A DNA stretch of 64,000 nucleotides, from positions 1,568,001 through 1,632,000 of the forward strand of contig CAVSHR010000004.1 of the NCBI GenBank assembly GCA_963727625.1, given 5' to 3'. Positions 14,671 through 23,804 of the stretch are shown here, one piece after another. A program made the position numbers and the translations under genes. The notes under the pieces were generated by a model, which saw only the letters and a list, made by a program, of their open reading frames with translations, was not told where the DNA came from and searched no databases. Positions within the stretch are counted from its first letter, which is position 1, and the number at the start of each line of letters is the position of its first letter. The stretch comes from an uncultured delta proteobacterium. Its GTDB lineage: Bacteria > Desulfobacterota > Binatia > UBA9968.

Positions 14671-16065
14671 TCAAAGGCATAGCGACTGAAAAGCCAAGAT
14701 TATTGCCAGCGACTTCGACGCGACTTCCGCGGCAAAGGAACGCATCTGCGCCACGCTTACTTCGCATCTGAGCAGGTCATCGATGATCGCCATATTCCGG
14801 TCGACGACGCCCTGATTTCTGGTCACCAGCGCGCAGGCTTTTCGGCCCATTTCCGCCGCTACTTCCGGTGCGCCGATGAGGTGCTCGATATGGCCGGCCA
14901 ACTCCGCGCCGCTGTGAACGCGAATCGCCGCCCCTTCCCGTTCCGTCGTTTCAGCAATACTGCTGTAGTTTTCCATATGCGGACCGAAGAAAAGCGGTTT
15001 ACCCCAGGCCGCCGGTTCGAGGATATTATGGCCGCCGCGCTGGATGAAGCTGCCGCCGACGAAAACAAAGTGAGCCAGGCCGTAAAGTCTCGGCAGGTTG
15101 CCCACCGAATCGACCAGCGCAATGTGATCGGGCTGCCAGGCTTCGAACGCCGACCAGCGCTGCGACGCATAGCCGAGCCGACGGATCAACCCTTCCACCG
15201 TCGCGAGCCGTTCCAGATGGCGCGGCGCGATCATGAGAAATACTTCGTGTTTATTTCCGCGCAACCGGCGGTAGCAGTCGAGCAGCTCTTCCTCCTCGCC
15301 AGGATGTGTGCTGCCGGCGATCAACAATACCGCTCCCGGCGGCAACGGGTAGCGTCCATCTTCCAGCGGTGGCGCGTCGAGCTGGCCGAGGGCCTGGGCG
15401 AATTTTAAATTGCCGGTGACGCTTATCTTGCTGGGAGGGACGCCGATCTTGAGCAACCGCTCGGCGTCGACTTCGGTTTGCACGCAAATATGATTGAGCA
15501 GACCGAACACCGAGCGAAAGAAGAAGCGGAACTTCACCCGGCGTTGCGAGATGCGGCCGTTTACCAGTACCGACGGCACGTTATGCCGGGCCAGACACTG
15601 CAGCAGCGCCGGCCAGAGATCGGTTTCGACGATCAAGAATATCGTCGGCGCGACTTTAGCGACCACGCGTCGAACCACCCAAGCCGCATCGAGAGGACAA
15701 TAAAAGACTCGATCCGCGGCGATCCGATTGGCTACCGAAACCGCCCGGCCTGCGGGCGTCGCAGTCGAAAACATGATGCAACTTCGCGGGTAGCGCGCGC
15801 GAATGGCGCCAACGAGCGGAATTGCCGCCGTCACCTCGCCTGCGGAAACCGCGTGCAGCCAGAAACACGGCGCCGCTGGTTCCGCGCATTCCGAGCCGGG
15901 GACATGAGCCGGCGCCCCGTTCTCGCCCACCGCTATTCTATCTATTTTACCGAAGCGCTCGGAAAAGCTCGCTAAGTAATCGCGCCGGCGCACGAGCTTG
16001 ATCAACAACCAAAGCAGGATCAGCGGCAAAAACAGCAGAACCAACATGTGGTATAAAATAAACAT
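14671..16065 (-). CDS. waaA: 3-deoxy-D-manno-octulosonic acid transferase
   Basis: FWLHAVSAGE, IVETDLWP, VNGRIS, TGNLKF, AGSTHPGEE, IAPRH, GGHNILEPA. Confidence 0.96.
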   Translation of the reverse strand: MFILYHMLVLLFLPLILLWLLIKLVRRRDYLASFSERFGKIDRIAVGENGAPAHVPGSECAEPAAPCFWLHAVSAGEVTAAIPLVGAIRARYPRSCIMFSTATPAGRAVSVANRIAADRVFYCPLDAAWVVRRVVAKVAPTIFLIVETDLWPALLQCLARHNVPSVLVNGRISQRRVKFRFFFRSVFGLLNHICVQTEVDAERLLKIGVPPSKISVTGNLKFAQALGQLDAPPLEDGRYPLPPGAVLLIAGSTHPGEEEELLDCYRRLRGNKHEVFLMIAPRHLERLATVEGLIRRLGYASQRWSAFEAWQPDHIALVDSVGNLPRLYGLAHFVFVGGSFIQRGGHNILEPAAWGKPLFFGPHMENYSSIAETTEREGAAIRVHSGAELAGHIEHLIGAPEVAAEMGRKACALVTRNQGVVDRNMAIIDDLLRCEVSVAQMRSFAAEVASKSLAIILAFQSLCL

Positions 16066-16181
16066 CGAACGATCGTCGTCAATCTTCCGGACGCCGCTCT
16101 GCGAAAGCCCTCCGGTTGCTGGCCGGCTCATTCAACCCGTTCGTGAATACCTGCCTCGGCAAATTCATCGGCTTCGCTGCG

Positions 16182-17600
16182 CTAATTGAGCTGCGGCAAA
16201 TCGACCATTTCATGGATATTGCCGCGGACCCGCGCGGCGTGAAATCCATCCTCGTGCTCGGCAACAATCATCGGCAGACCGTAGCGCGGCACCATGGTTA
16301 CTTGAAAGGCCCGTTCGACTCTTGCTCCTTCGACCATGCGAAAACTGAACCGCGGCAGGATAGCGCCGAGCACCTGCTTCATCATCCGCATGGCGAAGAC
16401 CGGACCGATGCATTGCCGCGGCCCGGCGCTGAACGGAATATATTCATAGTGGCCCGGATTAATCGTGCGCCAACGCTGCGGATCGAAGCGGTTCGGATTG
16501 GGATAACGCTCCGGAATTCTATGGGTTAGGTAATGACTGCAAATAACCCGGTCGCCCCTGCGCAGGACCAAATTCATCAGCTCCGTGGGCGTCGTCACGG
16601 CCCGCAAGGTCAACGCCACCGCGGGCAAAACACGCATCGACTCCTTGATTACCGCATCCAGCAACGGCAAATTTTCCAAATCGCGGTCGCACGCCGCGCT
16701 TATTTCGTCGCGCAAGGCTAGAGCCACCATCGGAAACTGCGCCAGCAAAAACAATGTCCAGCTAAGAGTCGTCGCGGTGGTTTCAAAGCTCGCGGCAAAT
16801 AAAATCGCCGCTTGTCCGAATAAATCGTTTTCAGTGACGTGAGCCCTACCCTCATCGCGCGCTCTGATCAGCACGGACAAGACATCGCCGCGGTGATTTT
16901 TATCAGCCCGCCGGCGCCGGATCATTTCCTGGATCACCCCGGCTAAACGCTCGGCGTACTTGAGCAAACCGTGAAAAGAAGTACCAGGGCAGTCGACCGG
17001 GAAGTAGGTCGATCCAAAGGTGTAGCTGCGCTGAAACCACTCATCCACCATGGAACCGAAGGATAAAGAGGATTCGCCGCCGGTTTCGCCGAAAAGAGTC
17101 TCTCCGGAAATCCGCATGGTGATGCGGCGCATCTCCTCGTCCATGTCAACGACACCGCCGGCCCGCCAGCGGCCGAGCTCGTCGGCGATAATCGCCTGCA
17201 TGATCGGTGTATAGCGATCCACCGCGCTTTTCATCACCGCCGGCATCACCAGCTGGCGCTGCAAACGATGTTTCGGCTCTTTCATGCGCGTCAAGCCTTG
17301 GCGCAGCTTGCTTTGCCATGAGCCGCGCGGACCGGGTATGCCCTGACCGCCGGTGCGGAACAACTCGGGATGACCGAGGACTTCTTGGTTCCACACCGGT
17401 CCGAAGGCAAAGACGGTAGTTCTGCGCGGACCGCCCAAGGGCAAGGGCGGCCGCAGCGCGCAAAAGTCGCCGTAGCGCTTTTGCACCGCGATGAGGCAAC
17501 CGATCGGATCGCGTAAATAGTATAGATACCACCGCCAGGTGGCAGTGCCCCGCAAAAGCACTGCGGCACCGACGCTTGAATTGGCTGACGAGTCGCGCAC
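16182..17600 (-). CDS. Cytochrome P450
   Basis: I-helix AASFETTA, K-helix ESMR (ExxR), FDPQRW, heme loop FSAGPRQCIG. Confidence 0.95.
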   Translation of the reverse strand: MRDSSANSSVGAAVLLRGTATWRWYLYYLRDPIGCLIAVQKRYGDFCALRPPLPLGGPRRTTVFAFGPVWNQEVLGHPELFRTGGQGIPGPRGSWQSKLRQGLTRMKEPKHRLQRQLVMPAVMKSAVDRYTPIMQAIIADELGRWRAGGVVDMDEEMRRITMRISGETLFGETGGESSLSFGSMVDEWFQRSYTFGSTYFPVDCPGTSFHGLLKYAERLAGVIQEMIRRRRADKNHRGDVLSVLIRARDEGRAHVTENDLFGQAAILFAASFETTATTLSWTLFLLAQFPMVALALRDEISAACDRDLENLPLLDAVIKESMRVLPAVALTLRAVTTPTELMNLVLRRGDRVICSHYLTHRIPERYPNPNRFDPQRWRTINPGHYEYIPFSAGPRQCIGPVFAMRMMKQVLGAILPRFSFRMVEGARVERAFQVTMVPRYGLPMIVAEHEDGFHAARVRGNIHEMVDLPQLN

Positions 17601-17608
17601 TTTAGCGG

Positions 17609-17637
17609 ATATTATGTCCGGTAAACGTGAGCGTCAA
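17609..17637 (-). promoter_or_regulatory. Putative sigma70 promoter for P450-waaA
   Basis: TTGACG-N17-TAATAT on the minus strand, 8 nt before the GTG start. Confidence 0.5.
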
Positions 17638-17683
17638 CCGAAATGACCGTTAATTTGGCGGTGGCAAAGATAATAATATTGTT

Positions 17684-19249
17684 TCAAATTTCCCGGGACA
17701 GCTTGACAATCCGGCGAAAAAACTTTCGCGGCTGCGCGCCGGCGCGTTCACCGAGATAAGACTTTACAAATCTTAGCCGATCCGCCGCCGTGAATGACTG
17801 GCAGGAGGCAACAGCACGCAGCAAGCGCGCGCTATTTTTTGCTCGTACTCGCCATGACACCGCTTTGCAAATAAAGCCGTCAAAGTCAATAATCTTGAGA
17901 TTGTAGCGGTTTTCGCTGCCTTGCTGAACCATGATGTTTTCCGCTTTGAGATCGCGGTGCGCGACGCCGCGGTCATGCATCCGTCTGAGCATCAATGCCA
18001 GCGCTCGGATCAGCTCTAGCTTGGCGCGCCGATCGTCGCTTTGGCGCGCCAAAACCTCCGACAATTCGTTCCCCGCAGCCTCGCTGGTGATCAAATAGCT
18101 CTCCCGTAGTACCCGCCAGCGACGGCGCTCGATATAGGCTACGGGAAGCGCCACACCGACACCGCGCATGAAGCAACTATTGCCGGCGCGCCACACTCGC
18201 TTGGCCCGCGAGGCGCGAAGGAAATCTTTCAGCGCGTACGCGACACCTTGATAGTTGTAGCGCTTAACGAACAACGCATGTTCCGCGAGCGCTACCTCTC
18301 CGACGGTCGTGGTGCGGGAGTCCTTGACGATGGAGGCCTTGGAAAATAGCCTGCCGGGATTGGCAAGCAAAGATTGCAATTCGTCATTCCACGCGCCGCG
18401 TCGGACAAAACCCCTGAATTCGCCGTTTCGAAACCGGGAGAATTCTCGATTGTCGGCCAGGCAGCGCTTTTGCCTCGAGCGCCAAACATCGAGGCGATGA
18501 CGCTGCCCCGCCTTATCCAAGTGCCGCGTCAAGCGCCGCTCATCGATGGCCAAGATCGGACGCAAAGATAGATAAGCCTTCAGGAAACGGCGGCGATCGG
18601 TCCGACTCGCACTAACGCATCCGCCATGCAGCGCGGCGAGGTCTCGCCAGCGCTTGGCGGTTGCGCGCAGAGCATCGATATTGACTCTTTGCAGATCGAG
18701 GAGAAACAGTTGGGACTTGGCCCCGCAGTCGCGATAGAGCAGATTGCCGAGATGAAGATCGCGCTGATAAAAGCCCTCGTCGTGCATGGCTCGGATCGAC
18801 AGCGCCGCTTGGCGCAAGATTCGCCATTTTTTTGACGGCGGCTCTTGGCCGCCAAAAAGTTCTTCCAGGGACACCGCATCATCGACAAACTCGGTCACCA
18901 ACAAGCTCTGCCGTGTCGATCCCTGACGCCGCCAGCCGAGGGCAAGAGCCTTGGGCACGGCCAGGCCGCGCCGTTCGGCTTCGCGCAGGGCGCGCCACTC
19001 GCGCAGCGCCGGCGCGCCGCGCCAGAAATTTTTCACTTGATCGAGCACGCCGCGGTGAAAAAATTGCTTGACGATCAGCGCCGGCCGACCGGGAACATAC
19101 AAGACGCGCCGGCGCTGGGTGTAGCGAAGAATTCGACAGGGCAGCTTCGGCGGCAAATGGACAATCGCGCGGGCAGCGGCGCAGTCGGCGAGTTCGCCCC
19201 AGATAACGCCTTCAAGATCGAGCTCGCAAGCCCGGTACGCCTCATCCAT
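17684..19249 (-). CDS. Tandem two-domain LPS kinase (Kdo/WaaP/InaA family)
   Basis: Two kinase repeats: YQRDLHLGN...LLDLQ and HRDLKAEN...IIDFDG. Confidence 0.9.
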   Translation of the reverse strand: MDEAYRACELDLEGVIWGELADCAAARAIVHLPPKLPCRILRYTQRRRVLYVPGRPALIVKQFFHRGVLDQVKNFWRGAPALREWRALREAERRGLAVPKALALGWRRQGSTRQSLLVTEFVDDAVSLEELFGGQEPPSKKWRILRQAALSIRAMHDEGFYQRDLHLGNLLYRDCGAKSQLFLLDLQRVNIDALRATAKRWRDLAALHGGCVSASRTDRRRFLKAYLSLRPILAIDERRLTRHLDKAGQRHRLDVWRSRQKRCLADNREFSRFRNGEFRGFVRRGAWNDELQSLLANPGRLFSKASIVKDSRTTTVGEVALAEHALFVKRYNYQGVAYALKDFLRASRAKRVWRAGNSCFMRGVGVALPVAYIERRRWRVLRESYLITSEAAGNELSEVLARQSDDRRAKLELIRALALMLRRMHDRGVAHRDLKAENIMVQQGSENRYNLKIIDFDGFICKAVSWRVRAKNSARLLRAVASCQSFTAADRLRFVKSYLGERAGAQPRKFFRRIVKLSREI

Positions 19250-20015
19250 CTTTCCGTCCGGCGGATGACTTTTTGAGCGCGCGGCCAAGCCGCTGGAAGC
19301 GGCAGGTAAAATCATAGAGTGACGAGAGTCGTCTCTGAAAGCGCTTGAGGGAAGTGAATTCGTCTACCGGAACCCTTTTCAGACGAAACTGATCCCGCCG
19401 CGCGTGCAGGTTGCCCCGGCGGATCGAACAAGCGAGCCGGTAACCGGCCTCCGCGGCGAGGCTTTGCGCCAGCGCATTATGATCGCCGTAGGGATAGGCG
19501 AAGCTGGTTGCGGCAACGCCGAGCTTTTCTTCGAGCTCGAGTCGTGAGTGCAAAAGCTCCCGCCTGGCTTCGTCCAGCGGCACCCGCGTGAGGCGCGGAT
19601 GGCTGATCGTATGCGAAGCGATTTCAATGCCATGCCGGCTGATTTCCTTAATCTGCGACCAACTCATCAACGGAGTTTGGCAGCCGCCGTCCCACCGGCT
19701 CGCGCCACCCACCTCGCGGGTGACGACAAACACCGTCGCGACAAAATTATGACGCGATAAAATCGGATATGCGTGTTGGTAGAAATTGTCGTAGCCGTCA
19801 TCAAAAGTGAGCGCGGCGATTTTGTTGTTTTCGCCGCCCTGACCGAGAATGATTGGCAAGGCCTCGCGCAGGCTGACGCAGCGGTAGCCGGCGCGCGCCA
19901 GATAATCCATTTGCTCGGCGAAGCGCTCGCTAGAAACCCACAAGCGGCGGTGCCCGAGCGGCTCCCGTTTCACGCCGACGTGGTGATAATAGAAAATCGG
20001 TAAGAGTCTCGCCAT
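19242..20015 (-). CDS. Polysaccharide deacetylase (CE4)
   Basis: PIFYYHHV, LTFDDGY, IASHTISHP, FAYPYG. Confidence 0.93.
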   Translation of the reverse strand: MARLLPIFYYHHVGVKREPLGHRRLWVSSERFAEQMDYLARAGYRCVSLREALPIILGQGGENNKIAALTFDDGYDNFYQHAYPILSRHNFVATVFVVTREVGGASRWDGGCQTPLMSWSQIKEISRHGIEIASHTISHPRLTRVPLDEARRELLHSRLELEEKLGVAATSFAYPYGDHNALAQSLAAEAGYRLACSIRRGNLHARRDQFRLKRVPVDEFTSLKRFQRRLSSLYDFTCRFQRLGRALKKSSAGRKDG

Positions 20016-21199
20016 CACGCTTCCGGTCGCGACGCTGCGCCGCTTTCCGTTACGGTGAAATCCGCGCGCTGCCCGTTTAGCAGCGCTTGATAGAGCTCCA
20101 GATGGCGCCTGGCCACCCTGTTCCAATGGAATTTGTCCACCCAGCGGCGCGCTTGCTCGCCCATGCGCTGGACGCCGGCCGAGTCGTCAAGCATGGTTGC
20201 CAACGCTTCGGTGAGCGCGGAGACGGAATCGGGCTCGAAGAGCACGCCGGTTTGGCCGTCGACGACGAGCTCTTTCAATCCAGAAACGGCACTGCCGGCC
20301 ACGGCTCGTCCCGCCGCGTAACTCTCCAATGCGACCAGGCCGAACGCCTCATCGAGCCGCGACGGGATAACGCTAAACAGCGCGTTCTGCAGCAGATAGG
20401 CCTTAGTCGCACCGTCGACCCAACCGACGAAGCAACACCGATCGGCCAATCCTAACTCCTTTGCCTGCGTTAAAAGCGCCGGGCCGTCGTCTCCCTCGCC
20501 GGCAATCACCAGTTGACATGAACGCTCCGTCGAGGCTTTAGCGAATGCGGCCAACAGGCAGTCCACGCCTTTTCTAACCCGCAAGCGGCCGAGGTAAAGA
20601 ATATAGTTGCCTGCTTGGACTCTGTCATCGAGCCCAACGGGCCGTTTATGGAGCCCACTCCAGCGTTCGATGTCGACGCCGTTGGGAATCCGCACAATCG
20701 ACCGCACTGCCGGACAAAGGCGCCGATACTCCGCTTCCATCGACTCGCTGAGGGCCACCAGAACGTCGGCTTGGGCCAACGCTTCGAGGTAGCGACCGCG
20801 AATCTGGCGTTTGGCCAGGCGCACATTTTCCTTGCCGAGCCCTCCCTCGTGGTTGGTCACGACGACGGGAACCGGCATCGCCGCGCGACAAAGCGCGGCG
20901 ATGTATCCAGGCGGATAGATGCCGTGGCAGTGCAACAAGTCGAAGCCTTCGCGCCGATAGAGCCGCAGCAAAGAACCCCGATACCAGCTCACAAATTTGT
21001 GGGTGGAATAAAACCGCGGATGGCGCACAACAGCGTAAGGAAGAGCCTTGTCCAGTGCCTTGAGCGGCCGGCGCGGCCGCGGCGCCAACACAACGACCTG
21101 GTGGCCCATGGCCGACATCGCTCGCCCCAGGGCGTCGACCACCACCTCTTGGCCGCCGCGTTTGGGCATCGCGGTGCTGGTGTAATAACAGATTTTCAG
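20015..21199 (-). CDS. GT4 glycosyltransferase, probable CTG start
   Basis: (M)KICYYTSTAMPKRGGQE...IPNGVD...GRLRVRKG...EAFGLVALE; AAGGAG 7 nt before CTG at 21199. Confidence 0.9.
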   Translation of the reverse strand: MKICYYTSTAMPKRGGQEVVVDALGRAMSAMGHQVVVLAPRPRRPLKALDKALPYAVVRHPRFYSTHKFVSWYRGSLLRLYRREGFDLLHCHGIYPPGYIAALCRAAMPVPVVVTNHEGGLGKENVRLAKRQIRGRYLEALAQADVLVALSESMEAEYRRLCPAVRSIVRIPNGVDIERWSGLHKRPVGLDDRVQAGNYILYLGRLRVRKGVDCLLAAFAKASTERSCQLVIAGEGDDGPALLTQAKELGLADRCCFVGWVDGATKAYLLQNALFSVIPSRLDEAFGLVALESYAAGRAVAGSAVSGLKELVVDGQTGVLFEPDSVSALTEALATMLDDSAGVQRMGEQARRWVDKFHWNRVARRHLELYQALLNGQRADFTVTESGAASRPEA

Positions 21200-21230
21200 A
21201 TCGATGCTCCTTGGCGGCGTACGATCGCTT

Positions 21231-22589
21231 TCATACGCGAGCCGGTCGAAAAGACTTTAGCACCATCACGGCGACGGTCGCGAAGTACCCGGGGCGCAAG
21301 ATGCCATGGGGCGGAAAGGGCGAACCGACCAGGGCGGTCAACCGACCGGTCTCGGAATTAACGGCATAACCCGAGACGGTGTCCACCTCGCGATTGACTA
21401 GATAGAGGAATCGGCCGGCCGGGTCGATGATCGGCTCGCGCGGATGACTGCCGGGCAAAAATTTCGAACCCGAGCTAAACGGCGCTCCGGCGATCGGGGT
21501 CAAAACGCCGCTGTTCTCATCGACCATAAAAGCGGAAATATCTCCCGAGCGGTAATTGTTGACGTAGAGGAATTTGCCCGATGGATGAAAAATCGGCCAC
21601 ACCGGATAGATGCCGGCCGCGAATGGCGATCCGGGCAATTCCGCGAGCGCGCCGCCGCCATCGATGGCGAAAGCCGACAGCGTATTAAAACGCAAATTGG
21701 TCACGTACCCGAACCGGCCGCTCGGATGAATCGTAAAGGCAAAGGGGCGCTTGCCGACGGCGCGGGGCGAATTCGCCAGCGGCAGCAAACGCCCCGTGCT
21801 CCCGTCGATGGTGAAAAGCGATAAATCGTTGGAGCCACGATTGGTGACGTAGAGAAATCTGCCGCTCGGGTCGATGTTGATCGACCTTGGGTCATTGCCC
21901 ACCTTGACCGGCGAATCGGCGAGGGGCTTGAGCGCGCCGTTTTCCAAGTCGATCGCATAAGCGGAAATGGTGTCGGCGCCCTGATGGGCCGCATAGGCAA
22001 AGCGACCGAACGGATCGATGACCGTGTAGCGCGTGCGCTGACCGGCGGGAACTTGGCCGGCCGGCTCAAGTGCGCCCGACTGCTGATCCACGGTGAATAC
22101 CGAGATGCTGTGGAAATCACGATTGGAGACGAAAGCCAGCCGGCCCGAAGGATGGAGCCTCACGTTGCGCGGCCGGGCCCCGGTCGGAAACGGGGAACCC
22201 GGAATCGGCTTGAGTTGGCCGGTCTCGGAATTGATCTGAAAGCCGGAAATGGATTGCCCGTCCCAATTGGCGGCATAAAGAAAACGGCCATCGCCATCCA
22301 CGGTCACCGCCCGCGGATGCTTGCCCGTGCGAAACGGCGATTGCGGCACTGCCGCGAGCCGGCCAGTGTGGGGCTCGATGGCGTAAGCGGAAATCGCTGC
22401 CAAATCCCAATTAGCCGCGTAAAAAAAGTTTCCGCTGGGCTCGACCAGCGAAAGCCGCGGGCCGAACCAATCGGAAACGTAGGTGTAACTCGAACTCAAC
22501 AAGCTGCTCGGCGTAGACAATTGCGATTGCGGCCTCGTGGAAAATCTTTCTTCGGGAAGTTTGACTAGCCGTTGGAATGGAAATATCAC
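21231..22589 (-). CDS. Lactonase-family (Pgl/YbhE-like) beta-propeller repeat protein
   Basis: About 8 repeats of roughly 47 aa of the type GSPFxxGxxPxxxxIxPSGRFLYVxN...ISxFxIDxxxGxL. Confidence 0.88.
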   Translation of the reverse strand: MIFPFQRLVKLPEERFSTRPQSQLSTPSSLLSSSYTYVSDWFGPRLSLVEPSGNFFYAANWDLAAISAYAIEPHTGRLAAVPQSPFRTGKHPRAVTVDGDGRFLYAANWDGQSISGFQINSETGQLKPIPGSPFPTGARPRNVRLHPSGRLAFVSNRDFHSISVFTVDQQSGALEPAGQVPAGQRTRYTVIDPFGRFAYAAHQGADTISAYAIDLENGALKPLADSPVKVGNDPRSINIDPSGRFLYVTNRGSNDLSLFTIDGSTGRLLPLANSPRAVGKRPFAFTIHPSGRFGYVTNLRFNTLSAFAIDGGGALAELPGSPFAAGIYPVWPIFHPSGKFLYVNNYRSGDISAFMVDENSGVLTPIAGAPFSSGSKFLPGSHPREPIIDPAGRFLYLVNREVDTVSGYAVNSETGRLTALVGSPFPPHGILRPGYFATVAVMVLKSFRPARV

Positions 22590-22610
22590 GCGGCGTTTTT
22601 TCCTGTCAAT

Positions 22611-23594
22611 CTACCGGCCGTGAAACCGGTCGTTCGTCGCGCGATCATAATATTTGCAGGACCGGCGTGACCTGAAAAAAAACTCAGCTGCGCGCGCGCC
22701 GGCTGCCATAGGTCCGGCGTTGGCGCCGCGACGACATTTTTTGTAGCGATTGTAGTTCCAATAATATTGGTCGGGATAGCGGCGCACCAGGTTCTCGATG
22801 GCAAGATTGAGCTTGGTTTCGTCGAAATCATCGGCCGCCAGCGGCTCGAAATGCAGCCGGAAGCCTTTGCCACCGGGCAATCGCTCACCGAATGTCAGCA
22901 TGAAGGCCGCACCGCTCAATTGTTGCAACTTGCGCGGCAGTGTCGCCGTGAACGCCGGTTTGCCGAAAAAGTCGGCCCACACCCCCTCGCCGATGCCCGG
23001 CGCATGATCCGGCAATAGCCCGATCGACTCGCCGCGACGCAAGGCTTGGCAGAGCATCTTGACCCCTTTGAAGCTGGTCGGCGCCAAAGGCATCTGCCGA
23101 TAAGTTCGGCCGCTGAGCATTAATTCATCGAGCCGTTTCGACCTTTGCGGCCGATACATCACCGCTAGCGGGAACTGGGTAGCCACATAACGGGCGGCGA
23201 TTTCGAAGCAGCCCATATGAGGCGACAGGAAAATGATGCTCTGTCCTTGGCGGTGCAAGGATTCTACTTTATCCCAGCCACGGAGCTCGACGACAAGGCG
23301 GGTGAAGGCTTTTTCATCTCTGAACCAGACTGCCGGCAATTCCATCAAAGCACGGCCGTCTTGCGCGATCACGGCATGCAAGAGCTTACGGTACGACTGC
23401 GCATCGCCGCCGAGACCGCTGATGGCGAGATTACTTTGCATGCGCCGCGCATAGCCCGAAGAAAACCAGTACACCAGCCAACCGACCGCAACTCCATAGG
23501 CATGTAACCATTGCAGCGGAATCCTGCTCGTCAGGCGAAGAAACGACAACAACAACGAATCCACACTCCGGCTCCCGTCGACGATAACGTTCAA
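22611..23594 (-). CDS. LpxL/HtrB-family lysophospholipid acyltransferase (third copy)
   Basis: FLSPHMGCFE (HxxxxE), GLLPDH, GVWADFFG, YPDQYYWNYNRYK; start uncertain. Confidence 0.92.
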   Translation of the reverse strand: MNVIVDGSRSVDSLLLSFLRLTSRIPLQWLHAYGVAVGWLVYWFSSGYARRMQSNLAISGLGGDAQSYRKLLHAVIAQDGRALMELPAVWFRDEKAFTRLVVELRGWDKVESLHRQGQSIIFLSPHMGCFEIAARYVATQFPLAVMYRPQRSKRLDELMLSGRTYRQMPLAPTSFKGVKMLCQALRRGESIGLLPDHAPGIGEGVWADFFGKPAFTATLPRKLQQLSGAAFMLTFGERLPGGKGFRLHFEPLAADDFDETKLNLAIENLVRRYPDQYYWNYNRYKKCRRGANAGPMAAGARAAEFFFRSRRSCKYYDRATNDRFHGR

Positions 23595-23804
23595 GGATGG
23601 CGCGACCGGCGCGCGGCCAAGGCGAATCGAGGCGTCCGGCGGCGCGGCAACCCAATAACTAGATTTTTCGATGCGCTGTTTTTGAGGCTAGCCGACAGCC
23701 GCGAACTATGTCAAGTTGGTGACGTTGTACCGAGGATTCCCGGTCTGAATTGGTTATTTTTGCATCGTGCGAGCTGCTCAGGCGATAAGAATGTCGCTCA
23801 AATC

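Noticed and set aside
21231-22500. Periodic ~140-bp DNA similarity as a repeat array
   Set aside because: Explained by beta-propeller blade repeats in a coding gene.
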